From contig JAHRHZ010000022.1 in NCBI GenBank assembly GCA_024137785.1, forward strand, positions 32,096,511 to 32,160,510: a stretch of DNA of 64,000 nucleotides, in the 5' to 3' direction. This DNA is from Ginglymostoma cirratum (Eukaryota). The notes beneath the pieces are model-generated. The model saw only the letters and a program-made list of their open reading frames with translations, was not told the origin of the DNA and searched no databases. Numbering within the stretch: position 1 is the stretch's first letter; every line of letters starts with the position of its first letter. Positions 1 to 14,039 of the stretch are shown here, one piece after another. The position numbers and the translations under genes are program-made.

Positions 1-653
1 ATGCATGCAGATTTCTAACATAATTGTATTTATTATGTTAATCTTTTTTATATTCATCTTTATTTTCGATTTTTGTGAGGTTCTTACTATTTTTGCTACC
101 TTCCTTTCATTTTATATTCCTTCTAGTCTTTTGGATTCACACCCTGTTTTACAGCTCTGTTAGCTCTTTCTATTAGCTTTACATTATTTTGCATGTCTTT
201 TGCTGACTTTGGTTGCTCAATTTGATAAGTAGTGCTCTTACCTTTGGGAGCATACATCACCCCTGTATTGAACTTAACATCTTTTGAACGCTTCCCATTT
301 TTTAACCTGCAGTGACTAGCTTCATTTCACCTGTGTCTGTGTCATCCCTTTGAGGTTAGCCAGGCCAAAATCTAAACTCTGATTAACTGTGTACTGCTGA
401 TTTCTACAAGTTCCTGGGCCAGGATTTCAACCACTAGGACTCAGGAACATGACACAAGTGAGAAATGAGCAGGAAATGGCTGTAGAGCTCTGGAAAACTC
501 ACTTGCCAGTTGGTACTTGGAAAGTTTTGAGATTGGGTTAGCAGGTCCTAACATCAGAGATGGGATTGGGCATAACAAGGCCTTAGATTTATTTACAGAG
601 CCAGAGGAAAACTAAGTTAGGACCTGCTTGCTTCATGAGGATGACTTAGTCAC

Positions 654-722
654 TTCGCCGAGCTGGGAGCTTTGAAAGCATCTAACTTTGATAGATACTG
701 TCAAACCTCCCAGCTCAGCGAA
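654..722. repeat. Inverted repeat / fold-back hairpin, probably inverted Penelope-like element terminus
   Basis: TTCGCCGAGCTGGGAGCTTTGAAAGCATCTA ... TAGATACTGTCAAACCTCCCAGCTCAGCGAA: ~31-bp arms, ~4 mismatches, 7-nt loop. The PLE origin is inferred. Confidence 0.65.
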
Positions 723-964
723 CACGCCAACATCTACAATCAGCACCCGAGCTACAAATTTTCACTCAAACCCTGAATGTCTTAGTCACATTGTCCAGGT
801 GTATCTGTTATAATCAGAAGCAGGTGACTTGCTGGCGAGATGTAATCTGTCCGATTTCCATCAGGTTTTCACGAGGTTTGGAAAGTATATGATGCATTTG
901 GTGAAGTCTGCTATCCTTAAGGGTGATACTGGTAATCGCCAGTTTCCTTCAGCAGAGAAAACTT

Positions 965-1470
965 AATAGATTTGAAGTCATAGGCTCATACAGCACAGAA
1001 ACAGACCCTTCGGTCCAACTTGTCCATGCTGACCAGATTTCCCAAACTGAAACTCGTTCCATTTGCCTGCATTTGACCCATATCCCTCTAAACCTTTTCG
1101 ATTCATGTACCTGTCCAAATATCTTTTAAATGCAACTGTACCTGCACTTCCTCTGGCAGTTCATTCCATATATACACAACCCCTCTGTGCAAAAGAGTTG
1201 CCACTCAGGTCCCTTTTAAATCTTTCCCCTCTCACCTTAAACCTATTCCCTCTAGTTTTGAATTCCCCTACCCTAGGGAAAAAAACCTTTGCCAATTACC
1301 TTATTTGTGGCCATCATGATTTTATAAACCTCTACAAGGTCACCCCTCAACCTCCTACACTCCGGTAGAAAAAGTCCCAGCTTATCCAGTCTGTCCCTCT
1401 ACCTCAAACCCTCCAGTCCCAGTAACAACCTTATAAAGCTTTTCTGCACCCTCTCCAATTTAATAATATC
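965..1470 (-). mobile_element. CR1 LINE 3' fragment (ORF2 C-terminus + 3' UTR)
   Basis: Minus strand translates FPRVGEFKTRGNRFKVRGERFKRDLSG...RVVYIWNELPEEV, typical of the CR1 ORF2 end. Confidence 0.85.
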
Positions 1471-2897
1471 CTTACTTTTCATTATTGGGAAACACCGAAT
1501 GGAAAGAAGCACATAACTTGCTGGGAAGTTTTATACATTATGGTGACGTGTCACTTAAGCAAATGGGAAAAATAAAAGTAAATGGTAAATTAAAAATGTA
1601 GTTAAAAGGGAACTATTTCTCTTGTCATTTTCCAATCCATTCTTTACCATTCTTTCGTTGGTGCAATATTTCCTCGATGAATAGACGACACTAATTAAAA
1701 CATTCCGCCTTAGGTGAAATGCTTATAATTAGGAGCAATTTTTCTGTAAGGCGCAATGGGTATTCAGCATGATAAATTAACTAATAGAGGCTGCAGCAAT
1801 TACATAGCTAATTATTAAATTTTAAAAAATTATCTTAAGTCTTTAATATTGCAGCATTGTCTCATGGTTAATGGAGAAATTAATGTGTAATGGCTCCAAT
1901 AGCTGTAGGCATACCTCAAAACATACAGTAAAATCAATACCACTTAAATTTATATATTCAAAATGTTTAAAAATATTAATTATTTCATACCTGCTGCACA
2001 TGTAAATGCTTTATGAAAAACTGTTTACCAGGAAGATTCACAGCCTCAAAACTCAAGGAGAGCAATTTAGAACAGAGATTTTTTTCAAAATCATTTACAA
2101 ATAATGATGCTTAACTCAGAAGGCCTCTCGTTTTGCTTATCCACATCTGTTTTCTGATTAATCATTGCTCCTGACAATATTACCAGGAGTATTGGCTTAG
2201 AAAAGTTACTGAGCCCAACAGTGTTGGCGAGCTAAATCAACATGTAGGATTGATGCTGAGGTCTCTTAGGTTAATTACTCGATCTCTGTTAATGTTATTT
2301 TAGCTCTCTCACAATGTCAGCCTCAGTAATTCACTCAAGTCTAAAATGAACAAACTGCTTTTTGTTACATTCTATCAACTTCTAATGTTAATCAATTTTT
2401 TTTCTTCTTTTTGTTTATAAAAAGAATCCTGTTGGTAAAATGTCCTCTTCAAGATAAAATAAAGTCCTGCTGCAAATCTGAAGTAAGAAACAGAAAGAGC
2501 TGCATCTTGACATAAGGATGATGGTGAGGCTATGAGGACTCACCGTCATAACTGGACAAATGCGCAATAGCATTCACAGTTGTACAGCTAAATGAGGAAG
2601 TCTGAAAGCTGTCACTAGAACTACTCTGCTCCTCCACATGGAGTGTTGCTAGAACCCTTAATGATAGACTTAGTGCTGAATTAAATACTTGCCTGCTAGT
2701 TCACGGCTAGTGCATTGAGAAGTAAACAAATCTTCAATGTCATGATGAATAATAATTACTGCTGAATAATCTCTTTAGCCCTTTGAAATAACTCCAAGGA
2801 GGCAGATATCCTGTCACCAACTCACCTTTTATTTTGCAGTGCGCAGTGTGTGGACTCTGACTAGCTTGCTCAGGGCCAGTCACTGGAATAAGGAGAC

Positions 2898-3402
2898 TTT
2901 CTGAANNNNNNNNNNNNNNNNNNNNNNNNNNNNNNNNNNNNNNNNNNNNNNNNNNNNNNNNNNNNNNNNNNNNNNNNNNNNNNNNNNNNNNNNNNNNNNN
3001 NNNNNNNNNNNNNNNNNNNNNNNNNNNNNNNNNNNNNNNNNNNNNNNNNNNNNNNNNNNNNNNNNNNNNNNNNNNNNNNNNNNNNNNNNNNNNNNNNNNN
3101 NNNNNNNNNNNNNNNNNNNNNNNNNNNNNNNNNNNNNNNNNNNNNNNNNNNNNNNNNNNNNNNNNNNNNNNNNNNNNNNNNNNNNNNNNNNNNNNNNNNN
3201 NNNNNNNNNNNNNNNNNNNNNNNNNNNNNNNNNNNNNNNNNNNNNNNNNNNNNNNNNNNNNNNNNNNNNNNNNNNNNNNNNNNNNNNNNNNNNNNNNNNN
3301 NNNNNGACTTTCCTGCTCCTCTGATGCTGCCTGGCCTGCTGAGTTCCTCCAGCTCCACAATGTGTTATCTCTGACTCCAGCATCGGCAGTTCTTACTATC
3401 TC
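2898..3402 (+). mobile_element. PLE-terminus-derived short element interrupted by an assembly gap
   Basis: TTTCTGAA|gap|GACTTTCCTGCTCCTCTGATGCTGCCTGGCCTGCTGAGTTCCTCCAGCTCCAC...ACTATCTC. Same family as 28293-28522; the gap covers the hammerhead motif position. Confidence 0.75.
2906..3305. other. Assembly gap (400 N)
   Basis: Run of exactly 400 N. Confidence 0.99.
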
Positions 3403-4804
3403 TTGTGGTCAATGAGACATTTTACCCATGTGTGAAGTACCATTCTGTTAATGTACTTGTATTGGAGTTTTTTACCAAAACAAAAGTTTTTTTTTAATTC
3501 TGTATGTCACTTTAGCTGTTTCTGTTAATCCTTTCTGCATTCCTTTATGCAACATTCTACCCATGATTTAAATCCCATTTATATTTTCTGTTTCATACTT
3601 CCTGCTTTGAGCTCTGATGACTACATTTTACTTCCAGACTGAGATCCACACTCGGGACTCAGAAGTGGATGTGGCAGGACCAAGAGGAGATTCTTGAGGA
3701 GATGGCTGATTAAATGACAGCATCTCAGACCACTTTCCAATTCAGGACAGTGGGCAGACACCATAGCTGCGAGGGCCAATGGGAGTGCGCAACATTCTGG
3801 GCATGTATTGGCTCCAACCACATGGTGGGGCTGTAGCAGGGGGTGGGGTGGTGTGGAAAGGCAGCATCTGCCATCTGGAAAACCCAGACATCCTGTAAAC
3901 AATGGCATTTTGATTTTCCCAATAGGCTGCTCATTACCGGTGGACAGGTAGCTATCATTGCCCAGAAGCAGATTCTCTGAAAAGAAGCGATGCAAGCAGA
4001 CTTGCATGCAGTGAGGAATTGCCGACTCACCTGCCTCAAATCCCAACCGGGCCTCAGGATGAAAATTCTGCTCAGTAAGAATTCTTCAATCCCAGATGCC
4101 CAGTAGTTCACTGATTTTTTTTTTCCCTACTCATATAGAGCCCAGAACCCTTGGAGAGATTGCCACTCTGGATCAGATGTTGGATTTCTTCCAACTTTGC
4201 ACTCAAAAACTCGTAAAATCTTGGGAGCAGTTGTCAGCGAGGTGAACAACAGCTACTGTTCTTTTTCTGTTGCTTACAATGTCCAGGCCATTGCATTGGA
4301 TATGTAACAGACTTCCCAGTATCTGAAAAAAAAGATATTTAACTTTTGAGTGTTTCTGCATGGGATTTTCCCGTGAAACTTGAAACTCCTTATTTTGTTC
4401 AATTGCAAATCAGACAGCTTTGTATTTACAGCTTTTTAATATAAAAGTATTAAGATGTTGAGAAATTGTATTATTACATGTCACTTTAAACCGTGGCACA
4501 GGTCTGTTGGCGAATTTATGACTATAAGCAGCACTGCGAGTTATTGCTTGCATTGTAAATTTAGCATCAACTCAAACCATTCTTGGCTCTGCACCAGTGT
4601 TAAACTTGTGCTGTATAAATCAGGTGTTGCGGCTTTTACAGTGTCTTACCCTGCTTTTCTCTGGATTTATACTGTACAGCTGCAGTATTTTTTAGGCATT
4701 TCTAGGGCAGGCTTTGCAGAGTCACCTGCTTCACTCAGAGACTGGCGACCCTTTGGAATTCTCTTCTCCAAAGGACTGTGGAGGCTGAGTCGCCAGATCT
4801 GTTG

Positions 4805-4965
4805 AAGCGAGAGATTGATAGATTTTTAGCTCCTAGAGAAATCAAGGAATATGATGATATACGGCAGGAAAATAATATTGAGGTAGAAAATTGTACATGA
4901 TCTCGTTGAATGATGGAGCAGGCTGAAGGGTTCAAACGGTCTAATCCGAGTCCTATGTTCATGTA
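4805..4965 (+). mobile_element. CR1 3' tail fragment
   Basis: GAGATTGATAGATTTTT...TGAATGATGGAGCAGGCTGAAGGG...CCTATGTTC resembles the tail at 37510-37705. Confidence 0.6.
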
Positions 4966-5464
4966 TTCAAAACCCACCCCTCATTTCCCATTTGTCAATG
5001 CCTAACAGTGGAACCTGTTGTATCTAATTGCTGCCACTGAATGGTTTTCCACACATTGTTGCTTTGAATTACTGGATGCTCAATCAGCTCAGACTTTCTA
5101 CAGGAGTTCTCACTGGTTGGAGTTCCAAAATATATTTTGTCTATAAGGCACAAGATCACAAAGACTGCTGTTGTTCCGTCTGGGGAGCAGACACCATAGC
5201 AAAGTTTTCTCAAGCAAGGGCAGATGGACTTGGCCACAGAACTGGATCCCCTAAAAGTGACTTTCGACTGGGAATCTAACAGCATCTTGCCCTGTTCAGG
5301 GTTTTACCCAGGCCTCTGCAAAATTGTCACATAAGTTTTTTGTTTAAATATTCAAAAAGCACAATAAGTAATTTTTAAGCAAGGATCCTGACATGAACAG
5401 CCAAGGGGCCTATTTCCCAAGTTATTTGGAATTCACCAAGGTCCTCAAAGTAATTATCAAGGGA

Positions 5465-5555
5465 AGAGATAACGCAGTGTGGAGCTGGAGGAACACAGCA
5501 GGCCAGGCAGCATCAGAGGAACAGGAAAGCTGATGTTTCGGGTCGGGACCCCTCT
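5465..5555 (-). mobile_element. Single truncated arm of the PLE-terminus short element
   Basis: GAGATAACGCAGTGTGGAGCTGGAGGAACACAGCAGGCCAGGCAGCATCAGAGG...TTTCGGGTCGGGACCC. The minus strand gives stem II GGGT-CCCG-ACCC followed by GAAAC-ATC. Confidence 0.75.
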
Positions 5556-5819
5556 ACCATGTGAAGAACTTCTTCAATGATATTTACCCGCTAGGAAGCC
5601 TTTGATGTGTGAAGCTGAAGAGCAGGCCAGGTGAGGGACAGCTGCTCATTGCATTTTTTTTCCTCAATGTGTGGTTTCAGTTTTTCCCCAGTGATTGCTA
5701 ACTTCATCTATTTCGCACTTCCCTAACCTTCTATTTCACTTCCCTATTGCCAGCCTTCAGCACCACATGGGAGCAGCTTATGCAACGCCATCTTGGTGAA
5801 AATCAAGAGAAGCTGCAAA

Positions 5820-6595
5820 TGCTTAGTCCCAGCGACAGCACTGGATGTCTTTCATCACCTGCAAGCTGCCCCTTTGCATAAATGGGATGGACATAAAGTT
5901 CCAGTTCTGCGGAGGCAAGACCCTCAACACAACGTCCTCAGGCAGACAAATTGCTCTGCCAACATGAATTAGTACCAGTACCTCAGGAAGGTCAGGTTGG
6001 CCTGGCAGACCTCCTGGAGTGGTTATCACGATGCCTGTGACTGGCGAGCCAGTGCACAATGCCCTCCTCTTTGCCACTCCTTCTACTTGGTCGTTACATC
6101 TCCTGAAAGTTAAGCCCCCTCTTTTCTCCTGCAAGGAGAGAAAGTCGAGTTATAGGTGCTAGCAATGCAGTGCCTGGCAATGATGACATTTGTGGAAAGT
6201 GACAATGAGGCCTGGGTATGAAAGGGGAATAGTACGTGGGTGAGTGGAAATGCTGGCTGCTCAGAAGGACATGTAATTTGCCTGCAGGGGGAGGGGTGAG
6301 TGCAGCCGCAGTGTGTGTTGACCTAAGGAGTGCTGTGCAGGAGAGTGGGAGGCCTGGTATCATGCCACTCATATGTCATGCCCACTTGAGGTCTGAGATC
6401 CATTTGGTTCAAAATCCCGGGATTGGAAGAGGTAACACTGCCTCAGCCTCTTCCAGGCATATCTGCTTGATTGGAGATGCATTCTCTTCCTCCAGTTTTG
6501 GGAGAGTTCGCCTCACTGCAGCGCCTCAACTCCACGTCATATTCTCCATGTGAGAGGGACCAGGGGAGCACAGTCCCCAGATTTCCTCTCCATTT
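5820..6595 (-). pseudogene. Highly decayed Harbinger-type Myb/SANT gene remnant
   Basis: GC-richer block with acceptor ctttctctccttgcag|GAGAAAAG (EKR..) at ~6128, similar to the exon-2 start at 13938. Protein similarity is weak. Confidence 0.35.
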
Positions 6596-6664
6596 CACAG
6601 CTGCTGCAGCCTTGTGAAAGGACACTGCAGCTGAGCCACGATGAGCCATGCCAGGGTCCCTTTA

Positions 6665-7460
6665 ATTAGAAATCCTTCCTTTTCCAGATTCCACATGTCA
6701 TCTCCCACCCCTGCCCACCCTTGAGAAAGCAGTGGTGAGCTACATTTGTGTGCTGTTGCATTTCGTCTGGTATAGAGACACCCACAATGCTATCAGGAAG
6801 GAAGTTCCAGGATTTTAACCTAACAGTATTGAAGGAACCCTGAAATAGTTTCACATTCGGATGCATTTAGTCTTGGAAGGGGACTTATGGGCGGTGGTGT
6901 TCTCATGCATCTGCTGCCCTTGTTCTTCGAGGTGGTAGAGGCAACTGGTTTGGAACGTGTCACCTCTGAGCTGTAACAGTGCATCTTGTCACTGGTACAG
7001 CCTGCTGCCCACAGGCATTAAAAGTGGAGGAAGTGAATATTTAAGTGGTGAATGTTGTATTATCACCTTTGAAGTGAAGTGTCTTTAAGAGCTCGACAAG
7101 CAAATGGCTATGTGCCTGGATGTTAACACATGAACCCAAAAGAGCTCTTCAAGTAATAGAAATTCACTTGTGCCCTTTGTGTTACAATTCGATAACAACA
7201 ATACTGCTATAGAGAATGGGGTGCAGAATAAGCAGGTTGCTTCTGTCTGAATGGTGGCGGTGAGTTTGTTGAAATGTTTCTGGGGTTGCATTAATCTAGT
7301 CATGTGGACAGAATTCCATCATACTGTCGCCTTGTGCTTTGTAAATTGTGGACAGCTTTTGGAGAGTCTGGGGGTGATTTACTCAACACAAAATTCCCAG
7401 CCTCTGACCCACACTGAACCATCGTTTTTACAGGGCTCGTGGTCATGCCCAGGACGTAGA
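6665..7460 (-). mobile_element. 3' part of a CR1/L2-group LINE (same family as 47455-49520)
   Basis: Reverse complement matches the 48700-49450 region; minus-strand frame KLTATIQTEATCLFCTP corresponds to KKLDTVQDKTTHLI. Confidence 0.65.
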
Positions 7461-7469
7461 TAGTGGAGG

Positions 7470-8120
7470 TTTGATTTGATTTGACTTATTATTGTCAGAC
7501 GTACCTAGGTACGGTGAAAAATTTTGGTATGTGTGCAGAACAGGGAGATCATATCATGCACAGTGCATAGGGTAATAGAAAGAGCAAAGAATACAATCTT
7601 ATGGCTACAGACAAGGTGCACAAAGAGCGAGAACAACATTTAAATTTAAAATTTGAGAGGTCCATTCAGAAGTCTAATAACAGCTGAGAATAAGTTGTTC
7701 TTGAATCTTTTGGCATATGTCTTTAAACTTTTGTATCTTCTACCTGACGGAAGAGGTTGGAAGAGATTATAACTGGGGTGGGAGGGGTCTTTGATTACAT
7801 TGGCTGCCTTCCTGAGGCAGTGAGAATTATAGGTGGAGTCAATGGATGGAAGGTTGGCTTGTGTGATGGACTCTCTATAATTTCTTGTGGTTCTGGGCAG
7901 AACGGTTGCTATATCAAACTGTGATGCATCGGGATAGAATGGTTTCCATGGTGCATCTATAAAAATTGGTAAGAGTCTTTACAGAGATGCCAAATTCCCT
8001 TAGCCTTCTGAGGAAGTAGAGGTGTTGTTGTGCTTTCTTGACATCAGTGTCAACAATGGATCGACCAGGACAGACTGTTAGTGATCATCATTCCTGGGAA
8101 CTTGAAGCTTTTGACCATCA
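7470..8120 (-). mobile_element. Rex1/Babar-clade LINE 3' fragment
   Basis: Minus translation KKAQQHLYFLRRLREFGISVKTLTNFYRCTMETILSRCITV*YSN, the typical Rex/Babar post-RT region. Confidence 0.8.
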
Positions 8121-10257
8121 AGTAACATGTTTGTAAGTAGCATTGAGGATTCCTCTACTTAAACAACCCTGAGTCCCCAAGTCCTATGCCTCCAAAACAT
8201 TCTCAGCTCTTCAGAAAGGTGAAAAGCCTGGGCCACAAATCTCAAGTATTATCATCTACAAACAGGATGAATCTCAGTGTCAGAACAAGCACTGAACAAA
8301 AAAAGAGATTACTGCCTGGAACTCAATCTGATATGCTCATGGAAACCACAAAGTTGTTAAACAGTTTTATTTTGTTATTACTCTTCTTCTATAGCTAGTG
8401 ATAGGTATCATTCCAGTCGTCAACAAACAAGATGCTCCATTCAATTGATGTACTATAATGTGCTCCCCGAAGGATAAATGGTTGTGATAAAAATTTATCA
8501 GTTCATTGAATGACAGCCTCCAGTTGAAAACAAGAAAGTGATAGACAGTACATATACGCATCTGGATTCATTTCTCACTGAAATGTATATGGGCTAAATA
8601 CAATATTCAGCAAGTTACATAACCATCAGTCTGACCTTGGGCTATTGTTACAACATTGGATCTCCACAGCTTGATTATTATATTTGGAAATATTCACGTT
8701 TTGCAATGAATAATCTAGGGAGGAATTTTCCCATTGTTTTGTTAAGTGAGGGGGTGATTGTGTTAAATAATTGCTAGCACACCAACTGCTCCACAGAGAA
8801 AAAGACTGTCTCACTGGCTTCCAAACAGCTCAGCAACAGCTGATTAGTGAACTTAATTTCTCAACAAGTCATGGGCCTCATCATTGCTACTGGCCAATTT
8901 GAGTCTGGCAGCCTCTGGGTCCGAAACTATACTTATCTGAAGAGCCAGAGCACATATAGTGGGCTAGTGGGTTTTCTTCTGCACCATAAAAATTCTGTGA
9001 TTCCACCAGTCAAGGCCAACTCCTCAGGGGATCAAGAAGTGTGAAGGTAAGCACTCTGTGTCCTCTTCATGTAGGGGGGAGTTATGGGAGGGATGGTTGT
9101 GGTTGTAGCAAGGGCAGGGGGGTGGTTTTCTGAAGCTTTTGCACTTGATGCAACTTCTGTACCTCTGAATGTCCTCAGATTGGGGCATTTGGAAACCCAA
9201 CCCTCTAACCTGACAAGCAAGCCATCCAAGCTTCCCTGGTGGAAATCTAGCGACCTTTCTAAACTATCAGGGAAGCAGAAGGTGGGAAATTGAAGTCCTT
9301 AAGTTGCTATTAAATCACCACAAATAAGGGCCTCAACTGGTGGCGAGTTGAGAAATTCAGCCTTCTCATCCAGTAGTCAATTATTGAGGTGTCGAGATGA
9401 ATTTGAGTTTCATTTTCAGGCCAGCTCATCCCATTATTTTCCCTCTTGCTACCTCTCCTGCCATCTTCAGGAAGGAGAAAATCAGGCCCGCAGAAATGAG
9501 CCATGGATCTTCCTAAAATTCTGATTCTGGACTATGAATCTTTATCAAAGCCTTAGCTCTCTTCATACATGGAATATGTTTAATATGGAGATTACGGTCT
9601 GTATTGCAATGGACCAGCATTAAATAAACACAAGTAATTGAATCAGTATTAGGTAGAAAATCTGAGTTCAAACCTTGAGGGGACGTTTTTAACTTAAGCA
9701 CCTGATGGAAGTTGACCCAGCTAAAATGGTTCTCTGTTGCAAACCCCACCTTATGTGTATTTAATTGAAGTAAATGGGGTGTAAAAGTAGGTAGTGTGCA
9801 AAATGGAGAGCTGCACTGATTGATTCGGTTTCCCACTACATGCTATGTTTGAAATTACCCGCAAAGTCACGGTGAAAATATCATCAAAACAATTTTATGA
9901 TTTTTTTATGTGAAAGTAGTCTAAATCTATCAATTCACTTATGATATCACACAAGCACAGATGCTCAATTAGTTCAGTGTAGTGACACAATTCTCCTTTA
10001 ATGAAAACATTCTTCTGGAATTTTGATTTATATTGCTAATATACTAATTAACTTAACATTGAAATCAATATCTGCTATATTGTGAGGTGTTGCAAAAGGC
10101 TACTTAACAGATTCTAACACACATTTACAGGCTATTAAAATACATTTAAGATTGTGTGAAATGTACAATTTACTCTGATAGCTATGTAGCAGGCAAATTC
10201 ATAAAACACATTTCACTTCAGTGTGTAATTTTGTTTTATCCATATTTTCAGTGGCTG

Positions 10258-10299
10258 AAAGGTTGATCTCTAAAGGTTGATCTCTAAAGGTTGATCTCC
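10258..10299. repeat. Tandem repeat, 14-bp unit x3
   Basis: AAAGGTTGATCTCT AAAGGTTGATCTCT AAAGGTTGATCTCC. Confidence 0.95.
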
Positions 10300-13200
10300 A
10301 ATGATTCCATACGGCTCCTATTGGTTTACTGATGTAACTTAAAGTTTTCCACATGGGACATTCTTCTGATGGTCTCGCTGCAGTTGTGGGAATAAAGCAT
10401 CCATGGAATTTGAGAGCCACTGTATCAAATGTTTACCTTAGGATTACCCTAACACATTGAACACCCTAACGTATTGGGTCTCTTTAGTATACATTTTTAA
10501 ACAAAAATTTAAATGAATCACCCAACCTGTACCCTAATGTTTTTGGCCAACTATGGAATGTGTACAGTGTTATTTTCTCGTCTCTCATATCTAGTAAGGG
10601 AAGAGAAAAGATGTGAGGTATCAGGAAAAGATTGGGTAGTATGACCAACTGAGTCATTCTTACAGAGAGTTGATACAGACACAATTGACAAAATGGCCTG
10701 TTGTTGTGTTGTAAGCTCTCTGTGATTCCAGTGTTCATTGCACTCAATCTACTCACCTACACAATCAATTTATTAAAACATGACACTGGCAAGTTTTTGC
10801 AAACAGAGTAGGAGGGAGGTGGGAGAGAAAAGATTATGTGGAAAATAATGAGTCACCACTCATCCAATTTCAGATGATATTTGCATCTTGAATTTATGGT
10901 TTCCTGTTGATCATCTGTTACAAATTGTTTCCACATATACGATTGAAAGGTTTGAGGCAACTAGATAATTAACTGAAGCAAGTAAATATGTTTAAGAACT
11001 TAGAGTGAGATCATTAAAATTTGATGACAGTGTTTTTTTCATGGTCTGTTATATGTGTTATTTAAGAATTCTGATGATTTGGGCAAAATGTGTAAGAATG
11101 GCTTGTTAACAGAGATCAATGGTATACTGGTAGAGTCCGTGATCATTGAGGTTTTATATTGTAAATGGAAATAACAGGCTTAATGGGGTAATGAGCCTAC
11201 TCATGATTCCCATTTTCTGTGCTCCCAACTTAATAGAAAGTTAAAATGTACTGACTTAACATTTCTAAGATGATTTGTATATGGTCACATGATCAAATGC
11301 AAGCCATAAATAAAAAAATCCCAGAAATGTTTTATGTTCTAAGATGTTTGACCATTTTCCACTCAAAACATTTGGAGTACAGTTGTATTTGAATGTTCAG
11401 GTTGTGAAGCAAAGTGTATTCTCAAAAGTCCCACATAAGTGATTAAGGTGGTTAAAGTGCTAGCATTAGTTGTTGAAAATGTTTCTTCAAAATTGGAATA
11501 AATAAACTTGTCACTAGGCCTTCTCAGTCATTAGTACACATCTCACACCCATTGCATCAGTCCTGAGCACTCAACAGATCTTTTCTCTGCTAGGCCCATG
11601 CATTTGTTGTGAATACAGGGAAATAAGAATAAGGAAATAATATTAAGTGTGAAGTTGGATTTGGTAGTGTCTGTTGTTCAGATGCTTTGAGTGTTGTTTG
11701 GGGATCAGAGCTGCAACCATTACATGTACGCATATTTCTGCCAATGGAATGTGCAGGACTATATTAAAGTAGTCAGCATGTGAGCAAAACTAGTACATAC
11801 CAAAAATATACGCACTAACCAGCACATGACCTTAATTAATGTGCAACTGCTTTGGAACTCAATCTTTCAGCTCTTGTCCACTCTTAACACGTGGCTGCAC
11901 TTGTGATAAGCAGCCAGAAATTCCACCCAAGATTGCTATGTAAAGAGGTCATAAACTATTTCCAGATTAGTGACTGGTTAATTTCTTTGCTTTTGCTAAA
12001 TTCTAGAAGAATTTGGGAGCTTTCCATGGTGTTTTCAAGTTGCATTGTCTACAGGGAGTGATAATAGCAAGTCCTAAAGACTTTTCCTGACTCCAAGGCT
12101 CCTGCAAAAATCAATAGTTACATACTTGGGCTTTCTTCTGAAATAGAGCATGAGTCTGAGAATGAGAAGAGGTCATGCACAGCAGGACAAAGTTCAAGAA
12201 GATATAGAAGGAGAAGACAGAGAAAGAAGAGGAAGAAAATATTACATCTCCTTTCTATTTCTTACTTTTTCTGTCATTGAACATCAGACCTTGACCACAA
12301 TGCAAAACTAAAAGCCACAACAAAACTGAACATTCCAAAACATGTTTTATGTAAATGAAATCGTGTGATATTGTGCATAATATAATCAGTTAGGTGTATT
12401 TTTCCAGTGTCTGTCGTCCAATTACTTTGTCTATCAGATGCTTGTACTCAGTGTGTGCAACATGGCTCTCAAAAGGCTGCTGAATTTCAGTCTAATAGAC
12501 TTTGAAAGGCCTTGGAGGGTGACCCTGAGTAATTGTATGCCAAAGAGCCCAGTTTCATACTGCACCACCTCTGTCTGGTACCCGAAGTCTGGACTAGCTG
12601 GTTGACAGACCAGGAAAGGGTATTGGCTGAGTGGCTGGGGTGCGATCTTGAATGCTGTCATACTGAAAAAGGACAGCAGATTTGACGCTTCATGGAATCA
12701 CTATCATTCCTCAGGGTGGTGCCTCAGTAGTCCCAATCATCTAAATAGGGAAGAAATTACTTAACTGTTGCAAGCCCCTTTGATTATCAGTATTCAGAAG
12801 GCAGCAGTATGTACTTGCACATTGTCAGCCTGAGTTTCTACTGTCACACCCAGACCTTTGGTGGAAGCTGTTGGCGCTGCATTGGAAGCTGAAGTGTAGG
12901 TCGTCAGATGCTGCATCATGGCTGCCCACACGTGTTCTCATGAAATTGGCCGTTACATCCAGGAGCCTGGGCTTCAAACCTTTATGTCAATTTGATGATG
13001 GGCACCTCCAGGTTCCTTAACATTGCAGCTATTCTTGGCAACTTCCTAAAACACTGAGAACTTCTGTGTGCATTCCCATCATTTTTCTTAATACTTAACC
13101 CCATTCTGGTCTTGAGTCCTTAGAAGAATACATGATGGACTGTACCCACCAGTGAGATGGTCCCTGCATTACCCTTTCTTTCTTCCTTGGCTACAAGCCA

Positions 13201-13369
13201 CTACCTCATCACATGCATGTGCCCTCTTTGCTGTCCTCTAAATGAAGTGCAGTTTCCATTTCTGAATTGGTAGCTGTATGTAATCATTTCAGAGGATTTT
13301 TTATCATTTTTATCCTCCAGTGCCTATTCAGTTTGAATTATTTAAGTATCTGAAAAGAGCATGTTTGTT

Positions 13370-13712
13370 TTTTAAATTCATTCATGTAACTGTCACAGGG
13401 GAGGCCAGCATTTATTGACCGTAACACAGATGGCAGTTAAGTGTCAGCCACATTACTGTGGGCTTGGAGTCACATGTAGATCAGACCAGGTAACGATAGC
13501 ATATTTCTGTCCCTCAGGAACCTTAATGAACCAGATGGGTTTTTAGTAACAATCAACAGTGGTTACTTGGTCACCATTATCCCAGCTCCCTATTCCAGAT
13601 TTTTATTGAATTCAAATTTCAACAACTGTGATGGTGGGATTTTAACCCATATCCCCAGAGCATTAGCCCATGGTTCGGGATTGCTAGTCTAGTAACATTA
13701 TCAGTCCACCAT
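13370..13712 (-). mobile_element. tRNA-derived SINE (bipartite family)
   Basis: B-box-like GGGTTAAAATCCC on the minus strand; body and 3' ATGAATGAA tail similar to 28560-28830 and 29600-29952. Confidence 0.75.
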
Positions 13713-14039
13713 CTGCAGTTTTTCATTCAGAGGTTAGTGCGGGATAAAGAGGAAGTGCGATAGGAGAAGGAGGATTGGGTATGAGAATTCTCTCATCCTC
13801 AGTTCACTCAGTGCCCTGTTGGCCGAAAGCTCAGTGGTTGTCTTTACAACAATGGCTAGCACCGTCTCCATCATGAGAGTTACCACTCTTCGGGTAGCTC
13901 TCTCACTCTGGCTGGTTCTTGTTGTGTAAACCCTTGTCCTTCAAGACAGCGAGAAGGAAGGATGTGTGAGTGTCATACAGATATTTGGCAGTGATTGTGA
14001 ACTGTGAGTGTGAGATGCTTGCAGTAGTTCTAAGTGTGT

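Noticed and set aside
2740-3383. Long ORFs over the gaps (also 46205-46681 and 59230-59857)
   Set aside because: Artefacts of N runs; the MELDEHSR... peptides are translations of the non-coding repeat arm.
10258-10299. Direct repeats as a possible CRISPR array
   Set aside because: No spacers and a eukaryotic context; this is a simple tandem duplication, like those at ~29038-29070 and ~60577-60620.
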